Positions 12,154-24,244 of a stretch of 39,086 bases of DNA are shown here, in pieces; position 1 is the first letter of the stretch; every line of letters begins with the position of its first letter. The stretch is from Basidioascus undulatus (lineage: Eukaryota): the NCBI GenBank assembly GCA_000826855.1, contig JTLS01000039.1, positions 1 through 39,086 of the forward strand. Reading direction: 5' to 3'. The notes beneath the pieces are model-generated. The model had not been told where the DNA came from. It worked only from the letters and a program-made list of their open reading frames with translations, and ran no database searches. A program made the translations under genes and the position numbers.

Positions 12154-15056
12154 CTACTCCTTTCTTCCTTCCCATCCCAGCCCCGCCGCCCTCGCCGCCT
12201 TCCCACCAGCCTTCCTAAGCGGGCCCAGCGCAATCCACACCTTCTCCAGCACCCAAGCAAGGGCGTTGATCCATCCATAGAATATCATCGGACTGCGAAC
12301 GTTGCCACGCATCAGCTCAAAGTAAGGTGCCGGTAACGGGACAGAAAGGCAAGCCATGCACATGAGCCCCATCGCGAGATTCCCAAGCAGCCCTCGGCGC
12401 ATGATGATGTCCCATATCTCCGTCTTGACAATTCTAGGAGCGGTGGCGGATGGGTAGGGCCCGACGAGGCGGTAGAAGGTCGGGAAGGCGGCACCGAAGC
12501 TGGGGAGACGGTGCGGTGCACAGTCAGCGACGGGGTGGAGATGGAAGAGGAGGTGAAGGCGACGGACGCGTAGCAGAAAAGAACTTTGAGACCGAAGATG
12601 CGGTACAGCTCGAGCAGGCCTGGGTCGGCCCCGATATCCCGCGCGAGCTGGCTCATGTACGCGCTGTGGTCCACCCCGTCTTTGGTCCGACGCCGGTTGC
12701 TGTCAGCCTCCTAAACCGCGATCAGTCGTGGAAGAAGTGGACTAGCTTACAGGTAATTCGGGCGTCAGGCTTCTGTAACAGACGGTAATGCGGCGGACTC
12801 GTCGGCGCTGGAATGTGCTGCGTGAGGAGCGAGATCCACAGGAGGGCTTGCATTTCCGCTATTGGGGGAATGGCGCCTGTCGAGACGTGCAATCGTCACT
12901 CAGCGATCTTAACTCGCACTTGGCTGAGCAGGCAGTAAGGATCACGCACCGACGCCCGGACGGACCTGCAGTTTGGGTAGACGGATTTGAAGTCAGCCCG
13001 GCGACTGGGATGGGAGAGAGGCTGCGAAATTGTGCGTCGCGAAAGGCCAGATACGGACGTACGAAGCCCAGAAAAGCAACGCTCTCGTCACCGCGCTTGA
13101 CGAGGTCCCTCACATCCGCCTCCCTCGGCGTAGCATACCCGCCCATCTCATCGAAGAACCCAAACTCCTGTCTGCTCCCGCCCATCTCATCAGCCTCACC
13201 ACTCCCTTCCTTCCATCTCCATCTCCCACGGACAGACGCACCGGTACCCCGTGCAGCACACCACCACCTCAGGCTTGACCACCCGCCCCCTCATGCGGTC
13301 AGACTCCTTCCGTCCATTCTCGCGGAAGACGACGCGCCCGTTGCTGTCGATGCGCTCAGGCCAGGGCGCGAGATCGATCGAGCGAGGATCGGACACGTCT
13401 TCGGGCGGGTCGGAATAGGAGGATATGAGCCGCAGGAGGCGGGAGCGCGAGTAGTAGGGCTTGTTAATATAACTGATGGAGGATGAGGAGGAATGAGGAG
13501 GGATGCCGACAGGAACAGATGGGAGGAGCAGGACGCACGGCTGGGCCTTCGCGGATTCTGTGCGGCGCGAGGCGGGAGGAAGACTCAGTAAGTCAGTAAT
13601 ATAGGGAAATTGGAGAGGGGAAGGGAAATGAAGAAGATTGGGGAAGGACACACTGTTCAGGAAAACATATGCTCGGCCGAGTCGCTCGGCCGGCAGCTCG
13701 CCGACCCACTGGTTACAGCCTGCAGTGCTACTCGCGGAGAGTCGAGAGCGGTGCTCATCAGATGCGGGCACGAACGAATGGTAAAAATATGAAAATAAAG
13801 ATAGAGACGGGTAACAGAGGAAAGGGAGAGAGGAAGCGGAACGAGAAGCTGACGTACGTGCCGGTCAAGACCCACAAGACGCGCTTGACGACAAAGTCGG
13901 AGATGCTGTTCATTGCTAGAAGTGATTCACCCAATTGTTGGGGCAACGACGGAGGATTAGGAGACAACGGAGACGTACAACCATCGAATATGGGATGCGG
14001 CGACCCATGGGTGCACGTATGCCGTTTCAAACACTGCGGGACGCGAAAGCGAACGGGGTCAGTTTCAGGGACGGAGCTCACAATCGAACTATAAATGACC
14101 GGACGGTTCGTTATCAGCCCATCGATCGGCAGGTTGCCATCGAAGGACTGGCCGAGAAGGGTGAAGTTGGAAAGGACTGTAACTTGGGCGTCAGAAGGAC
14201 GGCGACGTGAGGGGAAGGAGAGCTAGAAACCTTTGGGGAAAGAGAGAAATCTGTAGGAGATTGTGAGTTATCTAAATGAGTCTATGACAGTCAGGATAAG
14301 AATACGCTGAACGCTCACCCGTCCCGATGGCACATCACGACCTCCTCCGCCCCGCCCTTGACCGCCTCATACGCCACATCCATCCCCGTCTCTCCACTCC
14401 CGAGAACGAGGACCCTCTTCCCCTTCAACTGATGCCTGCCCTTGTACTCGCTCGAGTGAAAGACCTTCGTCCCCTCGGGCAAACTGCTCTTCTTCCCGAA
14501 CGCTGTCGGGAAGAGACCCGCGATATTATCCGGCAGGGACGGGACGACATGGAGGCCTGTGCAAATTGCTAGGGAGTCTACGTCGATCGAATATACATGT
14601 GGGAAAGAGGAAGACGTGGTCTCGAGGTGGACACGGTGAGAAGGTGGGGACGAGGAGAGACGCTCGATGCGCTCGACGCGATGGGACAGGCGGATGTAAG
14701 ACCAGAGTTTGAAGTGCGTCGCGTAGGCCTTCAGGTATTCGACATATTCGGGAAGCGTGAGGTGGTCGGCGTGCGACAGCGGCATTCGGAAGTCGCTGAA
14801 GCTCGTGAGCTGCTTGGACGAAACAAGCGCGGCATTCTGAGATCGCGAAATTGTCAACTACGACGTAGAGGGATGAAGGATTGGGAAACAGACGCACATC
14901 GTAGCCCCTCCATCGAAAAGTACCCCCGATGTCCGGCTCCTGCTCGAACAAGATCGGTTCGAAGGTGTGCTCAGGCGTCGATTGCTCGAGCAGAGACTTG
15001 AGCGCGACGAGCCCCGCTGGCCCGCCTCCGACGATTGCGACGCGCTGTACTACCAT
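12154..15056 (-). CDS. Flavin-containing monooxygenase (FMO-like, class B)
   Basis: FAD motif VAIVGGGPAG, FEQEPDIGGTF, FMO-fingerprint-like KVFHSSEYK, NADPH motif VLVLGSGETGMD and VVCCTGY. Multi-exon, including a 20-nt exon (FLSFPK). Hydrophobic C-terminus. Confidence 0.92.
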
Positions 15057-15590
15057 CGGTCTGATCGAGTACTAGTAGTGAGGGCAAAATCTGAAGAGCT
15101 GGGGATGGGACGGTGATGGTTGAGAGGAAGGGGAAGATGCGCTGCGTTCGAGATGAGGTGGCTTGGGCGGCCCGATGACGACAGTTGACAGCGGGTCGGG
15201 GGAGAAAAAAAAATCAATCTCGTTGCGGCGCTCCACAGTCAGAAAAAGTCTACTGAAGCCGCCTTATCCGTTACTTTGAGCATACTTAAGCTGCATGGAA
15301 GGACCATATCTGTGACAGTGCTTGAGACAAGGTGCGAGGGCGTCTTGATCGAGTCGCTGGTCCAGGATTTCCAAGGTGCCCGCACCCCGAGAACCCGAGT
15401 GGTACCCCGTTGTTCGGAAGCGTGAAAAATATGCTGAGGATATATGACAACAAGCAATATAATAGAACCTGAAAAGCTCGAGCTCATCACCGACAGGGAC
15501 ACCACCGCAATCCTGCTGTACGCTTTCGCCCTTCCAAACGCCCTACAAGGAACACAAACGATAAGTATTAGAAGTCCCGACGTACGCACC

Positions 15591-15857
15591 TCATCCAGCC
15601 GTTACTCCCCTCGGCAAGTCAGGCCCAATGACGCGGATGATGAAGATCCACATGAGGACGCTCTGGTACGCGATGGCATACGGGGTAGCCATGCCCATGC
15701 TGACGAGGGCTTGGGACATTGTCGCGAAGTAGAGTAGGAGGAGCGGGTACCAGAACTGCCGGTTCGTCGCGTTCGGCGGGAGCAGACGTAGGGTGAAATA
15801 GACGTAGAGCCCAAGTTGGAACGGGGAGATCTGGAGTCCGGGGTCGGGCTGGGACAT
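15591..15857 (-). CDS. Small (88 aa) hydrophobic, probably membrane protein of unknown function
   Basis: Intronless ORF MSQPDPGLQISPFQLGLYVYFTLRLL...VLMWIFIIRVIGPDLPRGVTAG with 2-3 hydrophobic stretches and coding-like codon use. CT-rich leader upstream; canonical intron just after the stop. Confidence 0.55.
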   Translation of the reverse strand: MSQPDPGLQISPFQLGLYVYFTLRLLPPNATNRQFWYPLLLLYFATMSQALVSMGMATPYAIAYQSVLMWIFIIRVIGPDLPRGVTAG

Positions 15858-16623
15858 GGTACTGTGGGTGAGCGAAGAGCGAGGGAGAGGGGCTAGGAGG
15901 AGCCTGAAGGGGCGATGGCACGCAACTGAGGAGTTTCAGACTGGCGTTCGATAGCAGCTCCCTGCGAGCACGTTGTGACAATGTGGTGAACGAAGTTATA
16001 GTGTTCTCTACCACTTCCGGGCAAAATAGAGGAAGCATTAGCACATTCTCACCGTCGACCCTCAACCCGTCGCAGCCATCTTCTGTGCAGGGCGAACTTC
16101 GGAGTCTCATCCAGCTCCTCCCAAGGTATATTTCTTGTGAATTATACTACATTCCCTAATATATACTCCATTCTCTAATGCATGTCAAGCGTATACTGGG
16201 CGCGGGTGTTGAGGCCATGGAGAGGGAAAAGAAGATAGAAGCACTGTTCTTCCATGAAGACTCTACGGGCTATGGACGTCACGGCGGTCTGCTCCCGATG
16301 AAAATCAAAGGACTAGCCACGGACCAAATTATTCGTTAGAGTGCAGATCCGTCGGGGGAGCTTTGTCGTGTCAAGGTACTGCGCTTCATCCGCTCCCCTT
16401 GCCGCTTGACCGTCCGCGCACTGAGATTTGAACATTTTCGTCCAATCTCGTGAGGTTGCCACGAAGGATGCAGTAGCCGATTTATCTTCACTTAAATTCG
16501 GTCAAGGACCCTTTGAGTATAATTCAATCATCGTGCACGCAAGGTCGAGTTCGGGTAATGAAATGCGTCCAAAGTGCATTTGCGGCAAGCGCGATACTCT
16601 CAAGCCGTGTTCACGTCGGGCCA

Positions 16624-19288
16624 TCAACACATTGACAGAGCATCCTGGAGGATCTTCTCAAAAAATTGCCCTTCGAAACTGATTCGGCCCAAAGAAGAGT
16701 AACGCCCCCCGACATTCAGAATGTGCTCCGGTGGAAGTAGGAGGTGCGCAGCGGGCAAGACTCACATCGCGAACGGCCACGTCTCCCCCATTCTCCGAAG
16801 AGCATGGATGTCGAAGCCGACGGCGGACTTGAGCTGGTCGGCGTCCTCGTTCGCGTTCGCGTGGCCGGCCGAACTGCGGCGGAGGTCTCGAAGCTTTCGC
16901 CCAGCTTGTGCTGTGCCACACGCGTGAAGACCAGGCTGGCGTTCGGATGGAGGTCAGTTCACGAAAGCGGCGGGAAGGGTCAGGGGGTTTGAAGTGCAGC
17001 ATGAAGCCTCACCTTACAGCCCGGTTGAGCTTCCCCATGTCGAACGTCGGCGACGCCATCTTTGCGATGAGCTCGATGATCTCGGTCGCGGCGTCGTCGC
17101 AGATGCGGGCGGACTCCTCTTTGTAGCTGGTATGAAGCTCGTGGAGTACAAGCCGGACTCTGTTCGGAATGGACCGCCCCGTGTGAGAGGAGTTCTGGGG
17201 ACATTGCGATGGCAACAGGCCGTGGACTCACGTTGGAAGAATCGCAAGAGCTGAAATCCTTCGCTCCTCCTCAAACGGCCACATCTGCTGAGCGGAGACA
17301 TCCGGAGCCCGCGCTAAGCTCTCTGGAAGACTGTCGCGCAGCGCCTGCGCAAGCGCGTCGACCTCGGCGAACTCGGGGCTGTTGCGCACTGCGATGAGGC
17401 GCTCGCGCTCGTCCCCATCGTCCACTCCTTGGGGCACGGGACCCCGATGAGCGCGCACTCTGGCTGGGTCGTTCGCCCGTACGGCTCGAGGGCCGAGGCT
17501 GAAGACCTTGATCAGGAGCGCTTGGGCTCCGGCGAGGCCAGGGCAATGCGAGGTGAAGAAGTCGGCGTCTTGCAGCGTGCAGCGTCTGCGTGTCCCAGGC
17601 GCCGCTGCTGAAGTCGGACTATGGAGAGCGAGACAGTCGGAAGCAAGACCAAACATGAGCCGAAATTCTCGAGCTGAAGCAGGAGCAAAATCGTACGGCC
17701 ATGCCCGGGCACCAGATGCTCGAGTTGATCTCGGTGTCGTCCAGCGTCCACGGCCAGACGCAAGCGATGCTGCCCGTCCGACTGCACATCCCTACATCAG
17801 CAGAACACCTGACAGACTGTGACTCAGGATGCGCTCACTCATTCGAGTAGAACATCCAGAACGCTGCCAGGGCGGATGCCTGTTCCGTCGGATCCTCCGG
17901 GATCCTGTTAATGCGAAGCGGAAGTCCTGGCATGCCAAAGCCCATCGCGGAGGCGGCATTCTCGGGAAGATGGAGTCGCTCAGTGGCTACGACGAGCTTC
18001 GAAGGGCTGAGGCGATGCAGACCCATGCTGACAGCGAGCTTCATTCCTGTGCGCAGAGCCCTCATTGAACATTGTGAAGCAATTGTTGTCGTGAAGGCCA
18101 CGACGCACCTTGACCGCCGAATGACCACGCCGTAGGCAACGTCTGCACGACCATACCATCCAAGCTGTAAGATGGTGTAGACTTATCGATATCCTACTAG
18201 CCTCGAGGTTCCTCTCGCGGTAGGATCGATGTACCGCCAGAACACAGCACGCCTGCACCAGCTCGACGCTAATTTCAACCTTATCGATAGGGCGACCAAG
18301 CGCGTCCACTGCCCTCTGCCAGAACAGCTGGTCGAGCTCGCGTACCCTCGGGTCCAAGCTCAAACGCGCCGTGAGGCTGTAGATGGCGAACAGGAGGAAC
18401 GGGTGTGGCCGTTTCGGGTGCTTGTGCGGGAGAGCGAGAGAAGCGAAGACCGTTGGTGGATGGAGGAGGTTCAAGTGCATTGTTCGGGTGAAGAAGATGG
18501 TGTGCCTGACTTGCTCCTCCCTTATCAGTAAGGCGTAGGTTTTGGGATGCGAGAACGGTATAGAACCTCACAAGGACATCGCCATGGGCAGCGGAACTTC
18601 CGTGTCGACCACGCCAATTTGGTAATCCTCAGGACGGCCCCACCGCCAGTCCGTCCATCTGTGTAGGAGGAATGATTAGGCTAGGGGTCAAGCGGTAGGT
18701 CGTGAGAGAAAAAAACAGACGCACTTCGCGGACGAGAGTGCAGGAGTCGCTTCGTCCGACGACGCGAAGAAGGCCGCTTCTCGGTGAGGCCCGAAAGCGA
18801 CAGGTGACGATGAGATCTGGTTGCTAGGTTCGACCGCGGCTGTGGATACTTCTAAGATCCAGCTCGATCAGTGGTACTCGGAGACGCAAAAAAATCTACC
18901 TCAGGCTCACCTTCATTCGACGTCGGCGCGGCTGTCAGCACCTCTAGAGCTCGTTCTAGTTCCTCTGAATACCCTCGCATGTCAGAGTCATACGGCGATC
19001 AATGAGGGTACCAACGGTACGCACTGACACTGATTTTGCGCGAGAGCTGCACGACCCTGTTTCCCTGTCTCCTTCCATACGCGCACTCCCGCCACTCGAT
19101 GTCCGCGCACTGCGAGCAAGTTGGCTTCTTGCCGTCGCACTTCTGTAAAGGTTCTCCAAATCATCCATACGTGGGATGTATAGCAGCGATAAGGAAGATA
19201 CGCAACGGACCTGCTTTCTATCGCGACAAGGCTGGCACGCTTCTCCGTGCTTGAGCGCCGACTTCATGCTCCGACGCGTACGTGCCAT
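16624..19288 (-). CDS. Zn(II)2Cys6 fungal transcription factor with fungal TF middle-homology region; possibly disrupted
   Basis: Spliced N-terminus CQPCRDRKQ|KCDGKKPTCSQCADIEWREC (C-x2-C-x6-C-x6-C-x2-C-x7-C), then KELERALE, PHPFLLFAIY, MKLAVSMGLHRL, AFWMFYSNDR and LRRMGETWPFA. Stop TGA at 16624-26. Three irregularities are listed in findings. Confidence 0.85.
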
Positions 19289-20313
19289 TAGGAATCGTTT
19301 ACGAGTGCTACAAATGTACATTGGGACTGCAATAAACTCGGTTCAATGTAGACGTTGGGGAAGAGGGAGAAGGTAGGAGGACCTGCTTCATTCGGGTAAG
19401 AACATGAGGATGCGGATCGCGGGCCAGTACGGACCTGACTGTCCAAGCCGCTGTCACCGGGCCGCGCTCGGTCTTTTCAACGAAGGTTTACTCCCTTTTT
19501 CGCTGTTTTTCTCCTGCCATAGTGATCCTCTAAACCTGAACCAGAATGCTAATCGCTTCCAGAGAGCGCGTACGGCGGCGTTGCGGCGCATGTTTTGAAA
19601 CGCGTCCCTACACAGCGTTCACTACCAACTTCATTTCTCCATCTAGAACTCGTCTGGAGTTCTATGCAAGATACGACATTAGATTTATGGAACAGAAGGG
19701 GTTCCTGCTCTATGTGCCAATCCAGCCGCATGTCGATCGAGACTATCGCCCGCATGGAGCTCACGTGCTGCTGAAAGTCACTGTGATGTGCCCGTCCATG
19801 TATCTACACACCGGGCAACTTTTTCAAGATTTTAAATATGCATGGATTTCGAAGGCTTGTCCGCCTGGCGTTTCGATCGCGTTTCTGTGTGCAGTGGGGA
19901 GCCGCGATGGCTTTGGATTGCCGATGCCCGGCAGTGCACTCACGATTCGCGGGACTTGGAAGTTTCGGCAGCGAGGACCAGAGACACTTGCTCTAGAGAA
20001 TTTATTAGCACAATGTTCTCTCGAAGGTCTGGCCAACAACAGTATCTGGTGAGTGTGCTGAATTCCCATTGCATCGGCACTACTGCAGCTGTCGCCCCCC
20101 ACCCCAACCCTCACCCCAGCCTGGTACCAACCACCAATTATCCCAGTAGATTGGTGAACATCAGAATGAAAAGCCTCCGCCGCTCTCTGAGCTCAACTAT
20201 TGCCTTCAGGCACAGCCAACCTTGACTTCGCGCGCAGCGTCACCCCTTCCAGCTTGCCCTCCCCTCTCCTCTCAACCGCCACCACCATCACTCAGATGAC
20301 CATAATAAGAGTC

Positions 20314-21787
20314 ATGGAATCCACCCACAAAAACCTTTCCCCCTCCCACGCGCCCGCGGCGCCCGAGCCCAAACGCCCGCCCTTCGCAAAGGTTGAGGCG
20401 CAGCGGCCGCCCTTTGATAAGGATAAGACATTTACGCTTACCAAAGTGGGTCTTCCTCTGAAAGTACCGGATGCGGGGTTGAATTAGGGGGATTTGGGGG
20501 CGGGTAGGTACCCAAACCGGACTGGAAGCCTGACGATGGGCCGAACGACATTCCCATCCCGACGAGGCAGTTCGAAACATTCGACCCGCAGCTCACGGAT
20601 AAGCACTCGCTTTATAACATGATTTTGGGCGGGGTGGTGAGTATCAGGCCCCTTCAATTTCGTTGGTGTGCTCAGAAATGGCAAGGTTGGAACAGGTCCC
20701 AAGGCCTATAGCGTTCGTCTCCTCCATCTCCGAACAGAACATCCCGAACCTGGCGCCCCTCAGGTAAGCCTCACCGCCTCCTCAACTTTCCCTAGAGCAC
20801 GCCATATAGCTGTTTGAGATCTACCAACAGCTACTTCATGATGGCCTCGCACCACCCGCCCGTGTGCGCAATCTCCGTCGTCGTCAAGCCCGAGACGTAC
20901 GACGAGAAAGGTGCGCTGCCACCTTAATTTAGCCGCCCTCTAACATCTTCCTCACAAAACCGGATATGGGCTGTACCCGAAACCAAACAGACACCGCGGC
21001 AAACATCCATTACCACAAAGAGTTCGTAGTGAACATCATCAGCGAGCAGTACCTCGAAGTGCGTTTCACCGTCTTCTCTCCCTTCCCTCCCTCCGTTCAT
21101 TCCTTCATTCCTTCATTGCTCCTTCCTTCCCCTCCCAACCCTGCTTCCTCCCTTACATCGTCTAACTGAGTCCGGATCGCCTCAACAGGCAGCCAACTAC
21201 GCAGCCATCGACGCCCCGCACAACGTCTCCGAATGGGCTTTGACGGGGCTCACTCCCCTCCCGTCCGAAACCGTCTGCCCCGCGCGCGTCCAAGAGTCGC
21301 CGTTCCAGATGGAATGCTTGCTGGAGCACTCGTGTGTCCCCCCACTCCCTATCCCGTCCGTCCCCCGAAACTGAGATAGGATGGTGCGTGGGAGAACAAA
21401 AGATATGATATCAAAGAGCGCAACCGAAAAGAAGCCGAGCTGATCCTGGGCCGGGTAACGCGGATTCACCTGCGCGAAGACCTGCTGCGCGAGCGCGGGC
21501 AAATCGCAATGGAGGGACTCAGGCCGGTCAGCCAGTTGTGGGGCATTAGCTATGGGCGGACTACTGAGTGCGTTCCAAGTTCCCTCTTCCTTCCTTTCCC
21601 CCCACCCTCCCCATTCGGAAGGAAGAAAAGACGAAGCTGATGAATGGGGCGCGGAGCCAGGGGAGCGGAAAAGCCCCGCCCCTCCTGGGAGGAAGAGGCT
21701 ACGCGCCCGGAGGTGAAAGCGGTGCTCGAAAAGTGGGCGCAGACGCCGCATGAGACACCCAGTCTGGCGGTGAGGAGCGATGAGTGA
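20314..21787 (+). CDS. Flavin reductase-like FMN-binding protein (DIM6/NTAB family), paralog A
   Basis: 8 exons splice cleanly: RPPFAKVEAQRPPF...VPRPIAFVSSIS...NLAPLSYF...KDTAANI...EFVVNIISE...PARVQESPFQMEC...LRPVSQLWGISYGRTTEG. Alternative in-frame ATG at 20296; stop TGA at 21785-87. Confidence 0.9.
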
Positions 21788-21793
21788 TCGAGA

Positions 21794-21816
21794 GGGGGGT
21801 AGGGGAGGGGAGGGGG
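21794..21816 (+). other. Potential G-quadruplex motif G6-TA-G4-A-G4-A-G5
   Basis: Four runs of 4 or more G with 1-2 nt loops, just after the paralog A stop codon. Confidence 0.45.
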
Positions 21817-22040
21817 AAGTCAGCGAGCAGGGGAATGATTGTACGAGGGCCGTCTGGCCGGGCGTGAAGGAACGATGCGATCGCTCAATCGAATGAGAAA
21901 GGATAGAGCCGGCCCCAGATGCTACTGCTCATCCATCTCTGCCCCCACCTACTGTTCTACTCTTCTCGATCATCGTCTCATTCCAAGCTGTCCTACATCT
22001 TCCTCAACACGCTCTAATCGCCCAGCGTCCAGCTCACGCC

Positions 22041-23755
22041 CTAAGCAGTCCCCGCCGCACCCTCCAGCGCCCCCTTTACCTCCGCCCGCTCCTTCTCCTT
22101 CTCCCACACCGGGCGGGGAAGCTCGGAGCCCCTGTTCCATCCACCGTACAACACCTCATCAGTTCCTCCTCTCCCTCTTCCTTCCTCCTCAGCCTCCACC
22201 CTCCTTCCATCCTATCCCAACAAGGAAGCCGAAGGACAGGAGAAGGAAAGGAAGGCAAAGGAAGAGAATAGGAGAAGAAGCGAAGCCACGCACTCGATAG
22301 TCCTCCCATAGGTAATCCCCCCCAGTCGACTGACCGGCCGAAGCTTCGCGATATCCGCAATGGTGCTCCCGTCCTCGGCGAGGACGGACGAGCGCACGTG
22401 GAACCGCCGGACGCGGCCGAGGACGTGCAGGCCCGTGGGGGTGCCGTCGTCGGTCTTCATCTCGTACGAGTGCTCGAGCGTGCACTCCATCGCGAAGGGG
22501 GATTCGGCGACGCGGGCGGGCTGCGGAGCGGACAGTATAGTTAGCGCTTTCTCTCAACAGAACAGCGGAGGGCAGCGAGACAGAGAGGATCGGGTCGAAG
22601 GAGACGGACCTTGATCGTCTCAGACGGGACGGGCGTGAGGCCCGAGAGGTCCCACTGCAGTCAAGCCCTCAGGGTTAGCAGTCCGCTCTGAGAGCACGCA
22701 GGCAGACGGAGGGGATGGGGAAAGGGAGAAGGGAGAGGGCGGAAGACGCACCTCGGACACGTTCGCCGGCGCGTCGATGCAGGTGTAGTTCGCTGCCTGT
22801 CGCGCGTCGCGTGGGAAGAGAATGGTAAGTTCCTGGAGGGAGGGAAGAGAGGGAGAGGGAGAAGAGCAGGAAACGCGCCTCGAGGATCTGCTCGCTGATG
22901 ATGTTTACGACAAACTCTTTCTGATGGAGGATGTTGGAGGCGGTGTCTGTCCCCGGCACCATGCGCCATCAGCACCAGCCAAGGAGGGAAGAAGGTTGAA
23001 GGAACGAGGACGGACCTTTGAGGTCCCCCGCCTTCGTAGAGAAGGACACGGCGATCATGGGGGGGTTGTGCTTCCGGGCGAAGCGCATCAGCTTCAGCCT
23101 CGTCGATCATAAGAGGAACTGGGGGAACGTACTCCGCAGGTGGAGAAATAGCTTGGGGGCACGAGGGTGAGTGTGGGTGGGACGCGGAGGGGATGGTAAG
23201 AGGAAGCGCACCTGAACGGCGCCAAGTTCGCTACGCCCTTATCGCTGATAGAGCTTACGAACGCAATCGGACGGGGAGTCTTCCCCACCCCACATCCCTC
23301 ACGTCTCAGCACTCCTCTGCAGTGCTAGCCCACATCGTACACGTCGCAGACGCACAATAGCGGAAATCATCAACTTGTAAACGTCCCCCGCATCGCGCGT
23401 GGCAGGATCGATCGTCGTGAACGCGTCCGTCGCGGTGGGGCGGTTGGGCACGACGGAGTTGGCCCCCTGACCGGGGGCCCAGGAGGGGTCGGGGACCTGC
23501 GGGGGAAGGAAGGGGGTCAGCGTGGCTCCCGTCTCCCGAAGTGCAGAGAAAGGAAGGGAGGAAGGAGGGAGGGAAGAAGATAGGATGGTATGGGATTGTG
23601 GGATGGTGGGTTCGTGGATGGTGGGTTCATGGATGGTGGATGGTGAGTGTTTGGGGATTGAAGGAGGGGCCGACCTTGGTATACTCGAACTCCGCCTCCG
23701 GCCGGAAATCCGGGCGCGAAGCCTCGACCTGCTTGAACGGCGGGCGGCGGGACAT
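22041..23755 (-). CDS. Flavin reductase-like FMN-binding protein (DIM6/NTAB family), paralog B
   Basis: 10 exons: MSRRPPFKQVEASRPDF...TPRPIAFVSSIS...NLAPFSYF...KDTASNI...EFVVNIISE...PARVAESPFAMEC...LRPVSRLGGITYGR. One GC-AG intron; stop TAG at 22041-43. Confidence 0.92.
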
Positions 23756-24244
23756 GGCTCCTTTCGAGGTCTTTAACGTTCGAGTTCAAGAGAGAGTGAG
23801 AGTGCGGTTGAGAGTGAGTCTCGTGGGTTTGAGGAGGTTGGAGAGCATGAGAGGGAGAGGGTTAGAGGGTGAGTTGGAGAGGGAGGTGATCGAGCGAGGG
23901 GACGGTGGAGGTTCCGGCTCACCGAGCAGCGAGCCGGGATGGACCGCGATTACCCGTTTAGTGGACGAGCGTTTCAGTCATCCAGGGGAACGTAGAACAG
24001 AAGCGTTACACGAATCTCCTTATTCAGTTGGAAGATGGATGTGAACAGCCATATGGACGGTTTGGCATGAAGTCCTAGCCAAGAGGAAGCAAGAAGCACA
24101 GGAAGCTTCAAGGGGAAGAGCGGCGACGTCATTCCGATACGCGTCGCGGAGCAAATGAAGATCCACGCGTGCAGGACGCGTCGATCTTCTCCTTTCTCTC
24201 CCTCCTCTTTGCCCTTCTTCCTCCCGTCCACGTCTACCCCTAGC

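Noticed and set aside
19546..20052. 168-aa ORF in the TF/reductase divergent gap, and CGG triplets as Zn2Cys6 sites
   Set aside because: No recognisable domain. CGG triplets are expected by chance at this GC content, and no shared spacing was found.
23580..23645. GGATGGT-type imperfect repeats
   Set aside because: Low-complexity intron sequence of paralog B; no spacers, so not CRISPR or telomeric.
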